Assembly: GCF_009914755.1 (NCBI RefSeq)
Contig: NC_060933.1
Origin: the human T2T-CHM13v2.0 reference genome, Homo sapiens
Direction: 5' to 3' (one strand)
DNA length: 64,000 nucleotides
Shown: in pieces, positions 43,278 through 56,845 of the stretch
How the letters are laid out: every line of letters begins with the position of its first letter
Numbering within the stretch: position 1 is the stretch's first letter
Made by a program: the position numbers and the translations under genes
The notes under the pieces: generated by a model
Databases searched by the model: none
Told to the model about the DNA's origin: nothing
The model's input: only the letters and a program-made list of their open reading frames with translations

Positions 43278-43510
43278 CTGAGGCACATGCACCATTGAAA
43301 GGGGAAAGTTATTCAGTACTAGCAGCAGTTGCTATGTAGAGATAAAGACCTGACATTGCTGGATCTTCTGATTCTTTAAGCGTAATTGGAAATCTATTTT
43401 TTAGGTGAAATCTGTATTTTTATAGGTTGATAACTTAAAAGAAAAATCAACACTTTCTATGAGCAAACAAAACATCTCTGTGGGCCAAAATAGGCCTGTG
43501 GACCTCTGAT
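43278..43510 (+). mobile_element. MER102-like hAT element
   Basis: gacattgctggatcttctgatt...gtgaaatct...caaacaaaacatctctgtgggcc. Confidence 0.6.
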
Positions 43511-44918
43511 TCAGGAAGAAGAGGATCTTAACACAAGATTTTTTAAGCACATTTTAAAGTGCACCAAATTTATCTGTATATGCATAAATTATTATCCAAT
43601 AAATTCAGTAGAAAAGAACCATGAATTTAAATTCTAAACCACCTGACCAATTTATCTGAATCAGCTCCTAAAATCATTTTGGGTCTATTTTCCTCCTTTA
43701 ATTAAAATAAGAATAATCTACTAAAGTTTTACAATTTAAATATTGACAATTATATTTATTTTTGCATCTCAGAGCCACTGCTGATGTATTTCTTTTATGT
43801 ATGAAGAGACTGAGGAACAAGGAAAAATCACAGAAAAGCCAGAGGATGAAGCTGGAATGCAAGAGTCCTGTCTCTTTATGATTCAACAATCAAATAAAAA
43901 CCTTCTCTAAAAAATGACCAAGAAAGCAAGCTTATTAGGTTCATGAACAGAGTCATCACGTAAACAAATTACTTTTATAATAGTCCCAGTAAAATGATCT
44001 CAGGTTCTTATTTAAAACTCATGGAAAGGAAATATGTCAGGTTAAGACATCTTTATCTGTTTTTAACAACTGGAATATTAATCATATCTAATTCAATGTA
44101 TATTTCAAAATGAGTAACTCACATATTCACAGCACTGTCCAAATTAATGAACAGGTCCCATTACCTAGGACTCATACTTTAACATTTACTAATTAGCTTT
44201 CCACACTGCCATTTCTCGTTAGAATGGCAACTTCTAGTTTGTGAAGGAAATGAGTCATTCCATGCAACTATCCCACCTTCTGAAGGACAAGTCACAGCAG
44301 GAAATGAATGGCTTTTGGTTTTTTTTTCTGCACTAGTACAGAAAAACAATGTATCTAATACTGAAGGATCTGAACTTTGGGACAATCACTTTTTCTAGAT
44401 ATTGTTTGCAACTTTCAGAACATTCTTATAAATTAATGTAAATTAGAATTATAATTTTGCCATTGTGTTATGTTGAAATGAAATCTACAGCTATCACTAA
44501 ATGTTTATGAATTTTCCATCTACAATCAACCTTTCAATTAGTCTTATACAAAGTCGGTCTCAAGTTAGATTTCTGGTTTTTACATCTAACTTAAATGCAT
44601 CTTGTGGTTAAATGCTGTGGAAGGTTTGACTAGACCTCAGAACTATCAATAACTTATAAATAATGGTTAAAAATCACCATTAAAGTGTGTATAGCAGAAA
44701 CCTAGAACTGAAATTCACTTGAATTGAGTCTGGTTCACCTTATTTAGTTTCTTCCTTATTTAGTTTCAAATTCCCTGTGCTGGGTTGGGGGGTGGGGAGA
44801 ACCCTGTGACTTATAGATATATAAAGTGTCTTGTGAGAAATGCAAAATTCCTTCGTAAAACTACCTTATCATGCTGTCCAAATTATAGAAAGCACAAACA
44901 AGTGTCCTCACTTAGACA

Positions 44919-46232
44919 AAAGGCTACAGTAACCAAAACAGCATAGTACTGATACCAAAACAGAGATATAGACCAATGGAACAGAACAGACGCCTCAGAA
45001 ATAACACCACAAATCTACAACCATCTGATCTTTGACAAACCTGACAAAAACAAGAAATGGGGAAAGGATTACCTATTTAATAAATGGTACTGGGAAAACT
45101 CGCTAGCCGTATGTAGAAAGCTGAAACTGGATCCCTTCCTTACACCTTATACAAAAATTAATTCAAGATGGATTAAAGACTTAAACATTAGACCTAAAAC
45201 CATAAAAACCCTAGAAGAAAACCTAGGCAATACCATTCGGGACATAGGCATGGGCAAGGACTTCATGACTAAAACACCAAAAGCAATGGCAACAAAAACC
45301 AAAACTGTCAAATGGGATCTAATTAAACTAAAGAGCTTCTGCACAGCAAAAGAAACTACCATCAGAGTGAACAGGCAACCTACAGAATGGGAGAAAATTT
45401 TTGCAATCTACCCATCTGACAAAGGGTTAATATTCAGAATCTACAAAGAACTTAAACAAATTTACAAGAAAAAAACAAACAACCCCATCAAAAAGTGGGC
45501 AAAGGATATGAACAGACACTTCTCAAAAGAAGACATTTATGCGACCAACAAACATATGAAAAAAAAACCTCATCATCACTGGTCATTAGAGAACTGCAAA
45601 TCAAAACCACAATGAGATACCATCTCACACTAGTTAGAATGACGAACATTAAAAAGTCAGGAAACAACAGATGCTGGAGAGGATGTGGAGAAATAGGAAT
45701 GCTATTACACTGTTGGTGGGAGTTTAAACTAGTTCAACAATTGTGGAAGACAGTGTGGCGATTCCTCAAGGATCTAGAGCTAGAAATACCATTTTACCCA
45801 GCGATCCCATTACTGGGTGTATACCCAAAGGATAATAAATCATGCTACTATAAAGACACATGCACACGTATGTTTATTGCGGCACTATTCACAATAACAA
45901 AGACTTGGAACCAACTCAAATGCCCATCAATGATAGACTGGATTAAGAAAATGTGGCACATACATACCATGGAATACTATGCAGCCAAAAAAAGGATGAG
46001 TTCATGTCCTTTGCAGGGACATGGAGGAAGCTGGCAACCATCATTCTGAGCAAACTACCACAAGGACAGAAAGCCAAACACTGCATGTTCTCACTCATAG
46101 ATGGGAACTGAACAATGAAAACACTTGGACACAGGGAGAGGAACATCACACACCAGGGCCTGTCATGGGGTGGGGGGTGGGGGGAAGGATAGCATTGGGA
46201 TAAATAACTAATGTAAATAATGGGTTGATGGG
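44919..46232 (+). mobile_element. 5'-truncated L1PA (about PA5-PA8), ORF2 C-terminus plus 3'UTR, lacking its own end
   Basis: ORF-track peptides [16 protein letters not shown]... and ...CWRGCGEIG...HCWWE... are frameshifted L1 ORF2p; G-rich 3'UTR at ~46167. Confidence 0.95.
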
Positions 46233-46346
46233 TGAGGCAAGTGAATCACTTGAACCCAGGAGGTGTAGGTTGCAGTGAGCCAAGATCACCCCACTGCACC
46301 GTAGTCTGGGCGACAGAGTGAGACTCTGTCTCAAAAAAAAAAAAAA
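46232..46346 (+). mobile_element. AluS right-arm 3' fragment fused to the L1
   Basis: tgaggcaagtgaatcacttgaacccaggagg...ctctgtctc plus A tail. Confidence 0.9.
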
Positions 46347-48249
46347 GTGCTATTTGTGAGATAGGGATCTACATGAGCAATTTAATGTACTTCCAGCAAG
46401 GGAAAGTAGGGAATCGAAACTGTTAGGGTAGACTTTTGTTTACTTGACAAAAAAAAGAGAAGTTATTAGGCAAAAGGAATTTTAAATATTACAGTTCAAG
46501 TTTTACCTGTGTAGTCCTTGATGCTCTTTCAGGAAAAAAACACTCACTCTCAACAAAAAGGGCAAAGACTGGAATCTGACCCTGTTTGTCCTTCCCTTTT
46601 TTTGCCATCAATTTGCCTCTCTTATTTCTTCCATATATACACCATCCTTCTCCCTACAAATGTGACAGATCTCCAGTTTCTAGTCATGATTTGCTAAGCA
46701 TAGTGTTGCATGCTCTACTTACATACTTCACTGCCTGTTTTCAGATCAAAAGAGACAATGAGCGAATTCTCCATTTCAAAACCACAGCAATCTTTATATC
46801 CTCAGGTCCAGCACTTTAGGACCTGGAGTCATTGATCTAGGTCTCCCACACAATATCAAACCAAATAATACTTAATACTAATTCCAAATACCTCTTCCCT
46901 ATTCATATACTTATTTTAGGATTTAATTTATCTTTCACTCTTTCTGTGAAGTCTAGGGACTGGACAGCTACCTCTTCAACTTGTCATCCTGTACTTAGCA
47001 TTTTACCTCTGAATAACTCACAAACTACAGTATACCCCAAACCAGATTAAAGGTATGCATTGGATATAGTGTTTAAGCACAAAAACACCCATCAGCCAAC
47101 TGAGGACTGTTGTGTGAAGACTAATGTCCCGAGATGGCCAAGTACACATCAGGTGTCCCTTTCCTCCCCAGGAACACGGCCAGGGCAGCCATCAGCTAAG
47201 GAGACAGAAGCTTTTCTGGCTTCAGAATCTTTCTTAACACAGCCTCTCCAGGCAGCCACTACTGAAGGGTCAGACTTGGTCCTCCAGATGAAAAGCTTTT
47301 GTCATGTGGCCTCCAAGCCCTCAATCCACCAGGATGCCCAAACTAAATTCTTACAGATGGGAGTATCTTCAGTCTTTCTAAAGAGAATGTCACAGGAAAG
47401 TAGGCAGGAATCTCTTTTTATCCAGGTTTTAGCCTAAGTGTTAAGATCAGCAATTCTAAAACATGGTGTCAGCCCTTTGTGACAAAGTCCTCTATTATCC
47501 TGTTCATCTCCCTGCTGAATTCTTAGCAACCTCTCTCAGAGATCTGCAGACCCTTTTTCTTGGGGGAAAGAGGTAGTTTCCCAAAGCTGTAAGTGTTAGT
47601 TCAGAGAATGAGAGATGCTGACTTCATTGTTTCCCAATTCAGTGAAGCAGGAGCCGGACTTCAGGCATCTAATTCTCCTCAAATAAAGAGCTAGGGGTGA
47701 CTAGACTGGAGGAAGAACATGACACACGTGTGAGGTCTAAGAACCAGAAGAAAAAAGGAGGGAAAGGGAAGGACTGGGAGTTGAAAAAATTTCAATTTGC
47801 CTTTACATGGTACCTATATTTCACTAGAGGAAAAATTGACCACGAATGTCAAATGTAGTAACTTTTCATTTCAAGTTCTTGTCCTCTCCATCTGCTCCAA
47901 TTCAGAGCCCAAATGCCCGAAAAGAGCAAGATAAGATAAAGTAACGAGACCATCAACTTCTCGCAAATTAACAAGTTACCATAAATGAAAATCAAAGTGG
48001 AGGCGGATCCAGCCCCAACTGGCTGCTGTTCTTTGGGAAGGAGAGGTGGCCACTGTCCTAGAAGGCGGCCCAGCCTTCTCCGTCAGCAGCAGCCTCAGTC
48101 AGCTCTCCTGCGCTCCTGTCTCTTCTTCCTGCATACTCTGCCCCAGATTCTGACTTGAACCTTGCTAAAATACTGATTAGCCCTCTGTAAAGTTTGGCTG
48201 TCCAGTGGCACCAGAATCATAGAATAATCAGGGTAGTGGACCCTGTAAT

Positions 48250-48650
48250 GTGCCATCAGATTCCTTTAGGACTAGGGCATTTATTCTCCCAGTTGGGAGT
48301 GTTAGAGGCTGGCAGCTTTCAGCTGAGGGCCTCTGAAAGAAGCATGCTTAGTTAGAGAGAGCCACCGCCCTGGAGGGAGTTTGCCCTCTTGGGATTGGGC
48401 AACCCACAGCCAATGACTGGCTGATGGAGAAACATAAAGGCCTTGCCCCCTTGCCTTAACTCGGGACCACTCTTCAGGCTGTCCCGGCTCCAGAGCCCCC
48501 TGTGCATCACAGCCATCTTCTCCCTCTGTTCCGTTCTCCTGCTTTCATTCCCCTGCCAGTCCTTGTGGCCATAAGCAGTCCCTAATGAACCTCCTACTTG
48601 CAAATCACAGGGTCTCAGAGTGAGATTCCTGGATAACTGAACTGTGACCA
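48250..48650 (+). mobile_element. LTR16C-like ERVL LTR
   Basis: cagccaatgactggctg...ggctccagagcccc...aatgaacctcctacttgcaaatc...tctcagagt. Confidence 0.65.
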
Positions 48651-48854
48651 TCAGACACAAAGTACAAATAGTGCTTCATCATCTTTTGCTCAACTTTAAA
48701 TTCATACATTATTTACTGACATCCCTAATGCTTGCATCAGCCACATTTATACGTTGGTATTCAGCAAACACAAGAGGACATGGCTAGGCTGCCTGTCCCC
48801 CAGTCCAGTGATAACAATGCTACTGCAGGATTTGCACCATGATTTTAAAAGATG

Positions 48855-49095
48855 CAGTCCTCATTTTGTGTGGTTCTGATATGCACCCATTTCAGTGAGC
48901 ACAATTTAAATGACACCCATCCTACAACAACCCTGTTCAAATTTCAGTTACCACAAGATATTATAGTAGTAACTGAATGAAGTATGCTCTTCAGCCCACA
49001 CTACAAAAATGACAGATGCATAGCACAACCAGTGGCCAATCACATCACTTCTTTCAAAGACTGTCAGTGACTGGCCTGGTCACTGCACATCTGAG
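48855..49095 (+). mobile_element. Ancient TcMar-Tigger fragment (Tigger13a-like)
   Basis: gtcctcattttgtgtggttctgatatgcac...ttcaaatttcagttaccac...ccaatcacatcacttctttcaaag. Confidence 0.55.
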
Positions 49096-49299
49096 CAGTA
49101 GAGTGATACTTGGCCCTGGGGCTTGGGGAGATAAAGGAAGGACAGCAAGAAAGCAGGGCACACTAGCCAGAGGGTGGTTATGGATGACCTCCTTGACTAT
49201 CAGAGTCCTGAACAGGAGCAGGGCCTTAGAAGGGGTCTGGAAGCATGTCAATCCATCCACATTCAAGCACAGGAAAAGTGGGACCAATATCAAACCTCA

Positions 49300-49743
49300 T
49301 TATTCATTTCCCACCCCTACTGTAACACATTACCACAAACTTAGTGGCTTCAAACATCATAAGGTGATTTTACAGTTTGGAGGTCAGGAGTCTAAAATGG
49401 GTGGCAAGGCTGTGTTACTGCTGGAGGTTCTCAGGGAGAATCCACTTCCTTGCCTTTTCTAGCTTCTGGAGGCTGCCTGCATTCCTTGACTTGTGGCCCC
49501 ACATCACTCTGACCTCTGCTTCTGTCATTGCATCTCCTCAGACTCTCGCTTGCCTGCCTCCTTCTCATAAGGACCCTGTGGCTACACTTGGCCCACCCTG
49601 ATAATCCAGAACAATCACCCATCTCAATATCTTTAGTGTAATCGCATACACAAAATTTCTTTTGGCATGTAAGATAACATATTCACAGGCTTTATGGATG
49701 AGAATGTGGACATCTTTGGGGAGCTATTATTTTACCTACCATA
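49300..49743 (-). mobile_element. MLT1C/D-like LTR
   Basis: ctgtaacacattaccacaaacttagtggctt...gtggacatctttggggagctattattttacctaccata. Confidence 0.78.
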
Positions 49744-49904
49744 CCGCATCATGTTTTTGCAAATGACTGGTGTTCTCCTGGACAATGTCCTGCATTCAGC
49801 TGCTAGAATGACAGGGCTGCCTGCAAACATCTGTGTCCGTACCTAGACCTCCCCGGGAAAGGGCAAGAGTGAAGGAATGACGGCCTGGTGTTCCTGCCCC
49901 AAAT

Positions 49905-50152
49905 CAGCTTTTCCCAAAGGGCTGCTTAAGACTCTAGTCCCTAGATACATTCTACATTAAAACCTACCACTTTCCCGTGAATGTGGGAAGTACTGCATTC
50001 ACACTCTCCTTCTTGGACACTCACAATTCATATTAGCATAACAAAGATCCTGAGATGTTCTGCAGTAAAGAAATCTCTTTGACTTGCTTAACTCTGAGTT
50101 TTCTAAATGTATTTTCACATAAAATAAATTTAGGAAGAAGTTGGGAATGCTG
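49905..50152 (+). mobile_element. MER112-like hAT element
   Basis: cacaattcatattagcata...ctgagatgttctgcagtaaagaaatc...ttgggaatgctg. Confidence 0.6.
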
Positions 50153-51099
50153 TACTAGCTTATATTCCAACTCTGGCCAATGCCGTGCAAACAGTTCTGC
50201 ATGAGGTCCACAGACCTCTCAGGCCCTCTTGAAAGCTTAATGCATGAAGCTGTCTTACCAGAATTATATTAATTCTCCTGGAGTGGTTTCTTCTCTTGCA
50301 CCAGCCCTTGGATGCACTTTGGCAAACCCTGAAACTGCCTATTGACTCACACGTGCAAAGTATATGAAGTGACACATTCTTCAGGTGTCTCAGCTCTGCC
50401 TGGAAACTCATTTCCCGTAGAGCCATTTTTTCCCCCTCTCTCTTCCTTCTCTTTGACTCTGGCTCTCAAAACTAAGGGGAAAAAAATGACCAGGAAATAA
50501 CGTGTCACCAATTACACGCATGGGCTTTTACCTTTCTCTCTCTTAGCTGTCAAATCAAATGCCTGGGCAGATTGCCACATGGAAACTAAAACTCTTTTTC
50601 ATTTAGCAAATGAGGTGCTGTTATCAAAACAGAGAAGCATTGCCTTATTGCTGGTGTGTTCCAGGCTGCAGCTCTGGATCGCTACTGCAGTGGGATGGTT
50701 GACTCACAAGTTTTTCTTGGGAACCACTGGAAGTCTTGGAGGAACCACAGAATCTCAAACAGAAGGAAACTTAGAGATCACTCATTTAAATTTTCTTCTG
50801 GAATCCTAGACTCTTTATTTAATATCCCCAATTAAGAGTCTTTTAATTCATGTTTAACATATTTTACAACCATCATCTATCTTTCAACTACTACTCACTT
50901 GAACAAAACTTCCATCCTAGAGAACCAGGTAATTTGCCAAGCCCATACCAGGCTATGTACCTCTTGCCTGTGTCTGAAATGTCTCCTCTCATCTACCCCC
51001 ATTTTTCATCATCACAATAGCCAATATTTATTGTATATGTTCATATTCTGTATGGTAGGCACTGTGCCAGACCCTTTAATTATGTCAACTTATTTAATC

Positions 51100-51542
51100 T
51101 TTTTTTTTTTTTGAGACGGAGTCTCACTCTGTCACCCAGGCTGGAGTGCAGTGGCTTGATCTCAGCTCACTGCAACTTCCGCCTCCTGGATTTAAGCAAT
51201 TCTCTGCCTCAGCCTCCCAAGTAGCTGGGATTACAGGCACCCGCCACCACGCCCGGCTAATTTTTTGTAATTTTAGTAGAGACGGGGTTTCACCGTGTTA
51301 GCCAGGATGGTCTCGATCTCCTGACCTCGTGATCCGCCAGCCTCGGCCTCCCAAAGTGCTGGGATTACAGGCGTGAGCCACCACACCCCGGCTAATTTTT
51401 TTTTTTTTTTTTTTTTGTATTTTTAGTAGAGACGGGGTTTCACCATCTTGGCCAGGATGGTCTTGAACTCCTGATCTCATGATCCACCTGCCTTGGCCTC
51501 GCAAAGTGCTGGGATTACAGGGATGAGCCACTGCGCCCAGCC
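51100..51542 (-). mobile_element. Alu trimer (left-left-right), AluSg-type with AluY-type middle monomer
   Basis: Two left monomers and one right monomer inside one TSD caacttatttaatctt. Confidence 0.88.
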
Positions 51543-53835
51543 CAACTTATTTAATCTTGACCATAGTCTTATGATGTAGTATTGCTGCTTTATAGACAAA
51601 CAAGCAAAATTATTTACTGAGTTTTACTGTGACTGATACCATTTGCTGTGTGCCACATTTAAGACACTGTGCTAAGCATTTTACATTTTTATCATTGTGT
51701 CTATGAGTCAATGTTATGATTCCTCTTTTGCTGATATAGAAACAGAAGCTTCCATATGATGAGAAATTCATCCGTGGTCATACAGCTAGTAAGTGGCAGG
51801 GCTGGGATCCAAGTGCACAAGTATCTTCTATTCATACTTCACTCCTACCTTCTTGTTTTCTTTCCAGCCAGTGGGATCCTCCGTGTATCTCAGAATTCAT
51901 AGAGCACTTACTTGTCAGCCCAGTCTTGTTATTGTCATATTGTGCACAGTAGCTACTTTCTCCTCACTGGACATCTCTTACGGTACTTTGCATCCCTTAC
52001 CATGGTGCTTACAATGCGCACTCCCCAAATGTCAACTGGTCTAGAACAAGTCTTCTTACAGCAACCAGGACTGGCATGGACATTTTTCTGATGAGGGATT
52101 TCCAGGTCTCAGTTGATTTCTTGGTTATTTCAGGATGCAACTATACAATGGCATTCAGTACATGGAATTTAATGCAATACTTTGTCCCTTGATGCTTGTT
52201 TTAACAGCTACAGAAGGAGAGAGTGACTGTTAGGCTGAGTCCCCTCAGACCTACTGGGGTGGCTAAGTCGAAAGAATCTCTAGGAGTCAGTTATATCTCA
52301 ACATGCAGCAAAATGCCCAGCACAAAGCAGGTGCTCAAAAAATATCTTTTGAAGAATGACCATTTACAGATAAAGTCATGTTCTACAGACTGTTTAAAAA
52401 CGATGATCTCCTTTCATCTCTGAAGTGATTCTTAGAAATCATTCATCCAGAAGGTTTAAGTTCTTCAAGCGATTAAAGCTGGTAATTACAATAATTCTAT
52501 TATTTTTCTGTTGAAATGGATTTAGCACACAGATGAGTTTTTGTTTATCTGTTTTGTTTTTAAAGATTTCAAGGTAACTGGTTAGGAGGTATAGAAGAGG
52601 GTACCAATAGTGAATTGCTAAATTGCTGCAACCAGGAGTTCTGCAGCATTCTGGGGGACCAAAGGAATTCACTTGGGAAATACGACTTTCTCTGTGATAC
52701 GTACTCAGGATATTAAAATCCTATGGACAAGTTCCTGAAGAAAGTATTCCACTGATATGAGAATAATGCCTTTGGGCTAAAACATACTGTCTTTTGACTG
52801 AGTTTCTTGAAATCTCTGTACTAAATACTGATACTCCACAAATAATAAACCATAACAAGATCTAAACTGAAAAGGTTTTATAAAGTATCACATTAAAAAA
52901 ACGCAAGGGTTGTTCAGAGTCTTTTTCATCCATTAAGACAGAAGCTTCTCCAGAAGCTGAGGAATCCACGTGTAGGGACCATTCAAGAAGTCCTGGCAGG
53001 ATTTGGAGAAGAGTGAAGAGGCAGTTTCCCTGGGAACATGGCTGAAGCACTTCTAGAAAAAATAAACTCAGAGGGCCTACATCACCAAAGGCAAGAAATT
53101 AAAACTAATTTTTTTCATTTTGAAGGCTATTTTTCTAAAACTAAATAAAATAAATTGAAGTATATTAAAATATTAACTCACACACAAAAAAACGAGTGAG
53201 ATAAGGTGTCAGATACCCCTAATAAATGCAAGTGGGAAATCAAAGGGAGTCCCAGACAGGCAGGCAAAAGACTATGCTGACTTTAAATTAAGTTTGTCCC
53301 CAGACAGCGATTTGTAGACAGAGAAACAACATTAATGTTATGCTTAAAACAATACAGTAAATCACCCAGTCTAAATATTGAAGAAAATAGGGCCCATTGA
53401 GGCTGTTTTCCAAGGTCAAACACTTCATTAGAATAGAACCAAGGTCTCCTAAAATGCTAATCCTTCCACTACTCCTGGGAAAGCAAACAGCTCCAGTTCC
53501 AGTTGATCTGTCTGGAACAACTGGAGAAAGCAAGGTATGGGCAGAGCAAGACTGAGTGCTGTCGTCAGTTGGCGATGTCTGCCGTGGCATTATGGAAAGA
53601 ATGATCATCCACATGCCACAGATCTGCCACTCTCCAGTGTACCATGCCACCGTCTAAGTCTACAGAAAAGCCAGCAAAATTGTTGAGTGACTAATACAGA
53701 TGCTTTTAGTTTTCTTAATGCTCATTATTCACATGTCATCCCATAAAAATACATAAATATACACATACATTAAGATATACTGTAACTTTCATAGTTCCAA
53801 TGCCAAGCCTTAGTATCAACACATATTTGCTATAG

Positions 53836-53898
53836 GAAGGAAGGGAGGAAGGAAGACAGGGAGAGAGAGGGAGGGAGAGAAGAGAAGGAGGGAAGGAA
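53836..53898. repeat. GA-rich low-complexity tract
   Basis: ggaaggaagggaggaaggaagacagggagagagaggg... Confidence 0.85.
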
Positions 53899-53976
53899 AT
53901 TCCCCAAATACTTCAAGTTCCCCAAATTTAAAGAAGCATGAAATGAAATTATCAGCCCAACAAATTAATTAATTAG

Positions 53977-54587
<611 letters not shown>

Positions 54588-54994
54588 TCCAACAAATTTA
54601 TGTAACAGATTTGAGTAACACTATGTACTTAACTAATAACTTTCTGTTCAATGGATTTGAACACATCTTTCTCCAGTTGTTCCAACTTTCAGTGACTCAT
54701 TTGATGAAAATCAAGAAGCTTATGTGGTAATAGAAAAAGAGAAAGGGGGAAGACAACAAAAATAAAGAGGACAAAAGGCATTTTACAATATAAAACATTT
54801 GAGTTTTTCGTATTTCTGTTTTGTTTAAAATCAGAGAAAACACTGAAATTATGATGTGATCATTGTTGCTGCTTATATTACCTAACCAAGAGTAACTGTG
54901 CAATCTTCCAGTCTGTAGTCCTCCCTGTATTCCATCTTAATTTGGATATTGGATTTCTTTTCTAACATTGTCTTCTTTGTATGCTCTATTTAGA

Positions 54995-55270
54995 TCAGTG
55001 ATACACAAAGTATGTTCCCCAAAACATTAATTCCTCAGGATATTAGTAAGTGTGATTTTTTTAAAAGTATGTAGTCAAATAAGTTTATTATATTATAGGT
55101 TAGACCAGTTTAACAGGTGCCTTGCTGCAAGATATTGTAGGCTTTTCATATACTAACATATGCTGCAAGTCTAAATATATATGGTGTTCTAAATTTCTTT
55201 AGCTACAAAATCTTTCTTTTGTGGAGCTTTTAGCCAAATTAGTGTTTCATGGAGCCAATGTTGAGCAAAT
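54995..55270. mobile_element. hAT-Charlie fragment (MER112/Charlie4-like)
   Basis: cagtgatacacaaagtatgttcc...gtcaaataagttt...tagtgtttcatggag. Confidence 0.45.
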
Positions 55271-55864
55271 GGATTTGAATACTGCTTCATCTCAAGATGC
55301 TGTACTGAAAATCAGTCCATCCTCTCTTTTAATCACATGATGCTCTGGTGCTACCCACAGCCTGTCTCTCCACCAGGATCCACCAAGTTCCACACAGTGG
55401 GGGTCAGGAGATACTCCCTGAAGTCTACTGCAGAGACCTTGGCAGGTCCCTGGCTCTTGCCTCTTCTCACAGGGGCATTAGTGCCTTTTCCTCCTTTTGC
55501 CACAGAAGTCAGAAATGAATTCCAGCCACACCCTGGGATCATATTTGCCAGGTCCCATAAGTCAGGTCAAGCGGCAGGGACTCATAAACAGTTTCCAGCA
55601 GCTAAACTGACCGCATGGAGAGGGAAAGAATCTCACTCTCCACAGGCAGAAGAAGGGACCCAAGTGTGTTTAACTCATTTTTGTCAGAAGCCAGGAATCT
55701 TTAAAAGTCTTTCTCGAAAAAGCTATTTTTGAGAGGTTAAGGTAGTGATGCTATTAGGTAAAACATTTTCATCTTTGACAAAAAAAAAAAAGAAAGAAAG
55801 AAAAACATGAGACACTCAGAACCCTTTATTTTATACTTAAATAACAGTTGAATAGAAAATCAGG

Positions 55865-56030
55865 CAGCCTTTAGTTCGGTGTGAACTTTGCCAGGTTATG
55901 TACTTTTTGCAGCCTTGGTTCTTCAGCCATAAAATGGGGATAAAATTGTCCATCCTGCAGCATTCCGTCAGTGATAAAGTGAAATAATGTATTCACCGGT
56001 AACACTGTGCTCAATGCATGCTTCATGCCC
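55865..56030 (+). mobile_element. MIR
   Basis: gtgaactttgccaggtta...taaaatggggataaaa. Confidence 0.6.
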
Positions 56031-56434
56031 AGTTCAGCATCAGCTGCGGATGTTGGCTCCTGTGAGAAAGAAGCTCCATGGGCTCTGCTTTTTAAAGAAA
56101 GCAAATGACGGTACCATCCTACCAAATAGATTTCTTCCAAGGAAAGTATGTTTTTTTTAAAAAAAATAGCAAATTAATCATTTAGCTTCTTATTTATGTA
56201 GCCTTGAAAAGAATTTAAATCCTTCATTTCAACAGTACTTCTACTCTTTCAGAAAAGAAATCACTAGAAAGCTGCCTATGGCTGACAACTCCAATCCTCT
56301 CCAGAAGGATTTTTTTTCTTTTAATCTCTATTGGGCATCTATAATGTGCCCCATTATGCCAGCCCAACCCCCTGATCTAACTTATACCAGTCTCAATGCA
56401 TTTTGATTGCTAGATTGTTTTTCTAAATAGATCA

Positions 56435-56845
56435 GAGATGGGCTAACTGTTCACCAAACTATTCCCTCTCCTTCCTGGGCACCTGACTACATTTCCTGGC
56501 ATCCCTCGCACTTAGCTGTGGCCATGTGACTAAGTTCCAGCCAATGGAATGGGACTGACAGTGTGTGTCCCTCTAAGCCTAACCATATAACCTTCCCATG
56601 CACACTCCTCCATGCTCCTGCCCCTTTGCTCCAGCCTGACAAAGATAAATCCTGCAAGCCTGATAAAGGAAACCACATGGAAGATGGCGGGGCCACAAGA
56701 GGGAAAGGGTCTATGTCCCTGACCACTGCTTATAAGAGACCCAACTGCAGCTCAAGTACCCTGGTTTTGAGCTGGGTACACATGAGGAATGCTTCTCTCA
56801 TGTTTAGGCCATCCTATAATTTTGGATGTTTTTTACAGTAGCTGG
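56435..56845 (+). mobile_element. MLT1I/J-like MaLR LTR
   Basis: gactacatttcctggcatccc...tggccatgtgactaagttccagccaatggaat...gaagatggcggggccacaaga. Confidence 0.72.

Noticed and set aside
44738-44767. Short tandem micro-duplications (16-bp period here; 13-bp at ~40137; 27-bp at ~57501)
   Set aside because: Ordinary slippage duplications with no sign of function
45147-46203. ORFs resembling L1 ORF2p
   Set aside because: Frameshifted, 5'-truncated L1PA remnant; not a gene
49010-49093. Imperfect hairpin cagatgc...cagtggccaatcac / gtgactgg...cactgcacatctg
   Set aside because: Appears intrinsic to the Tigger-like element and is degraded here; no support for an RNA gene
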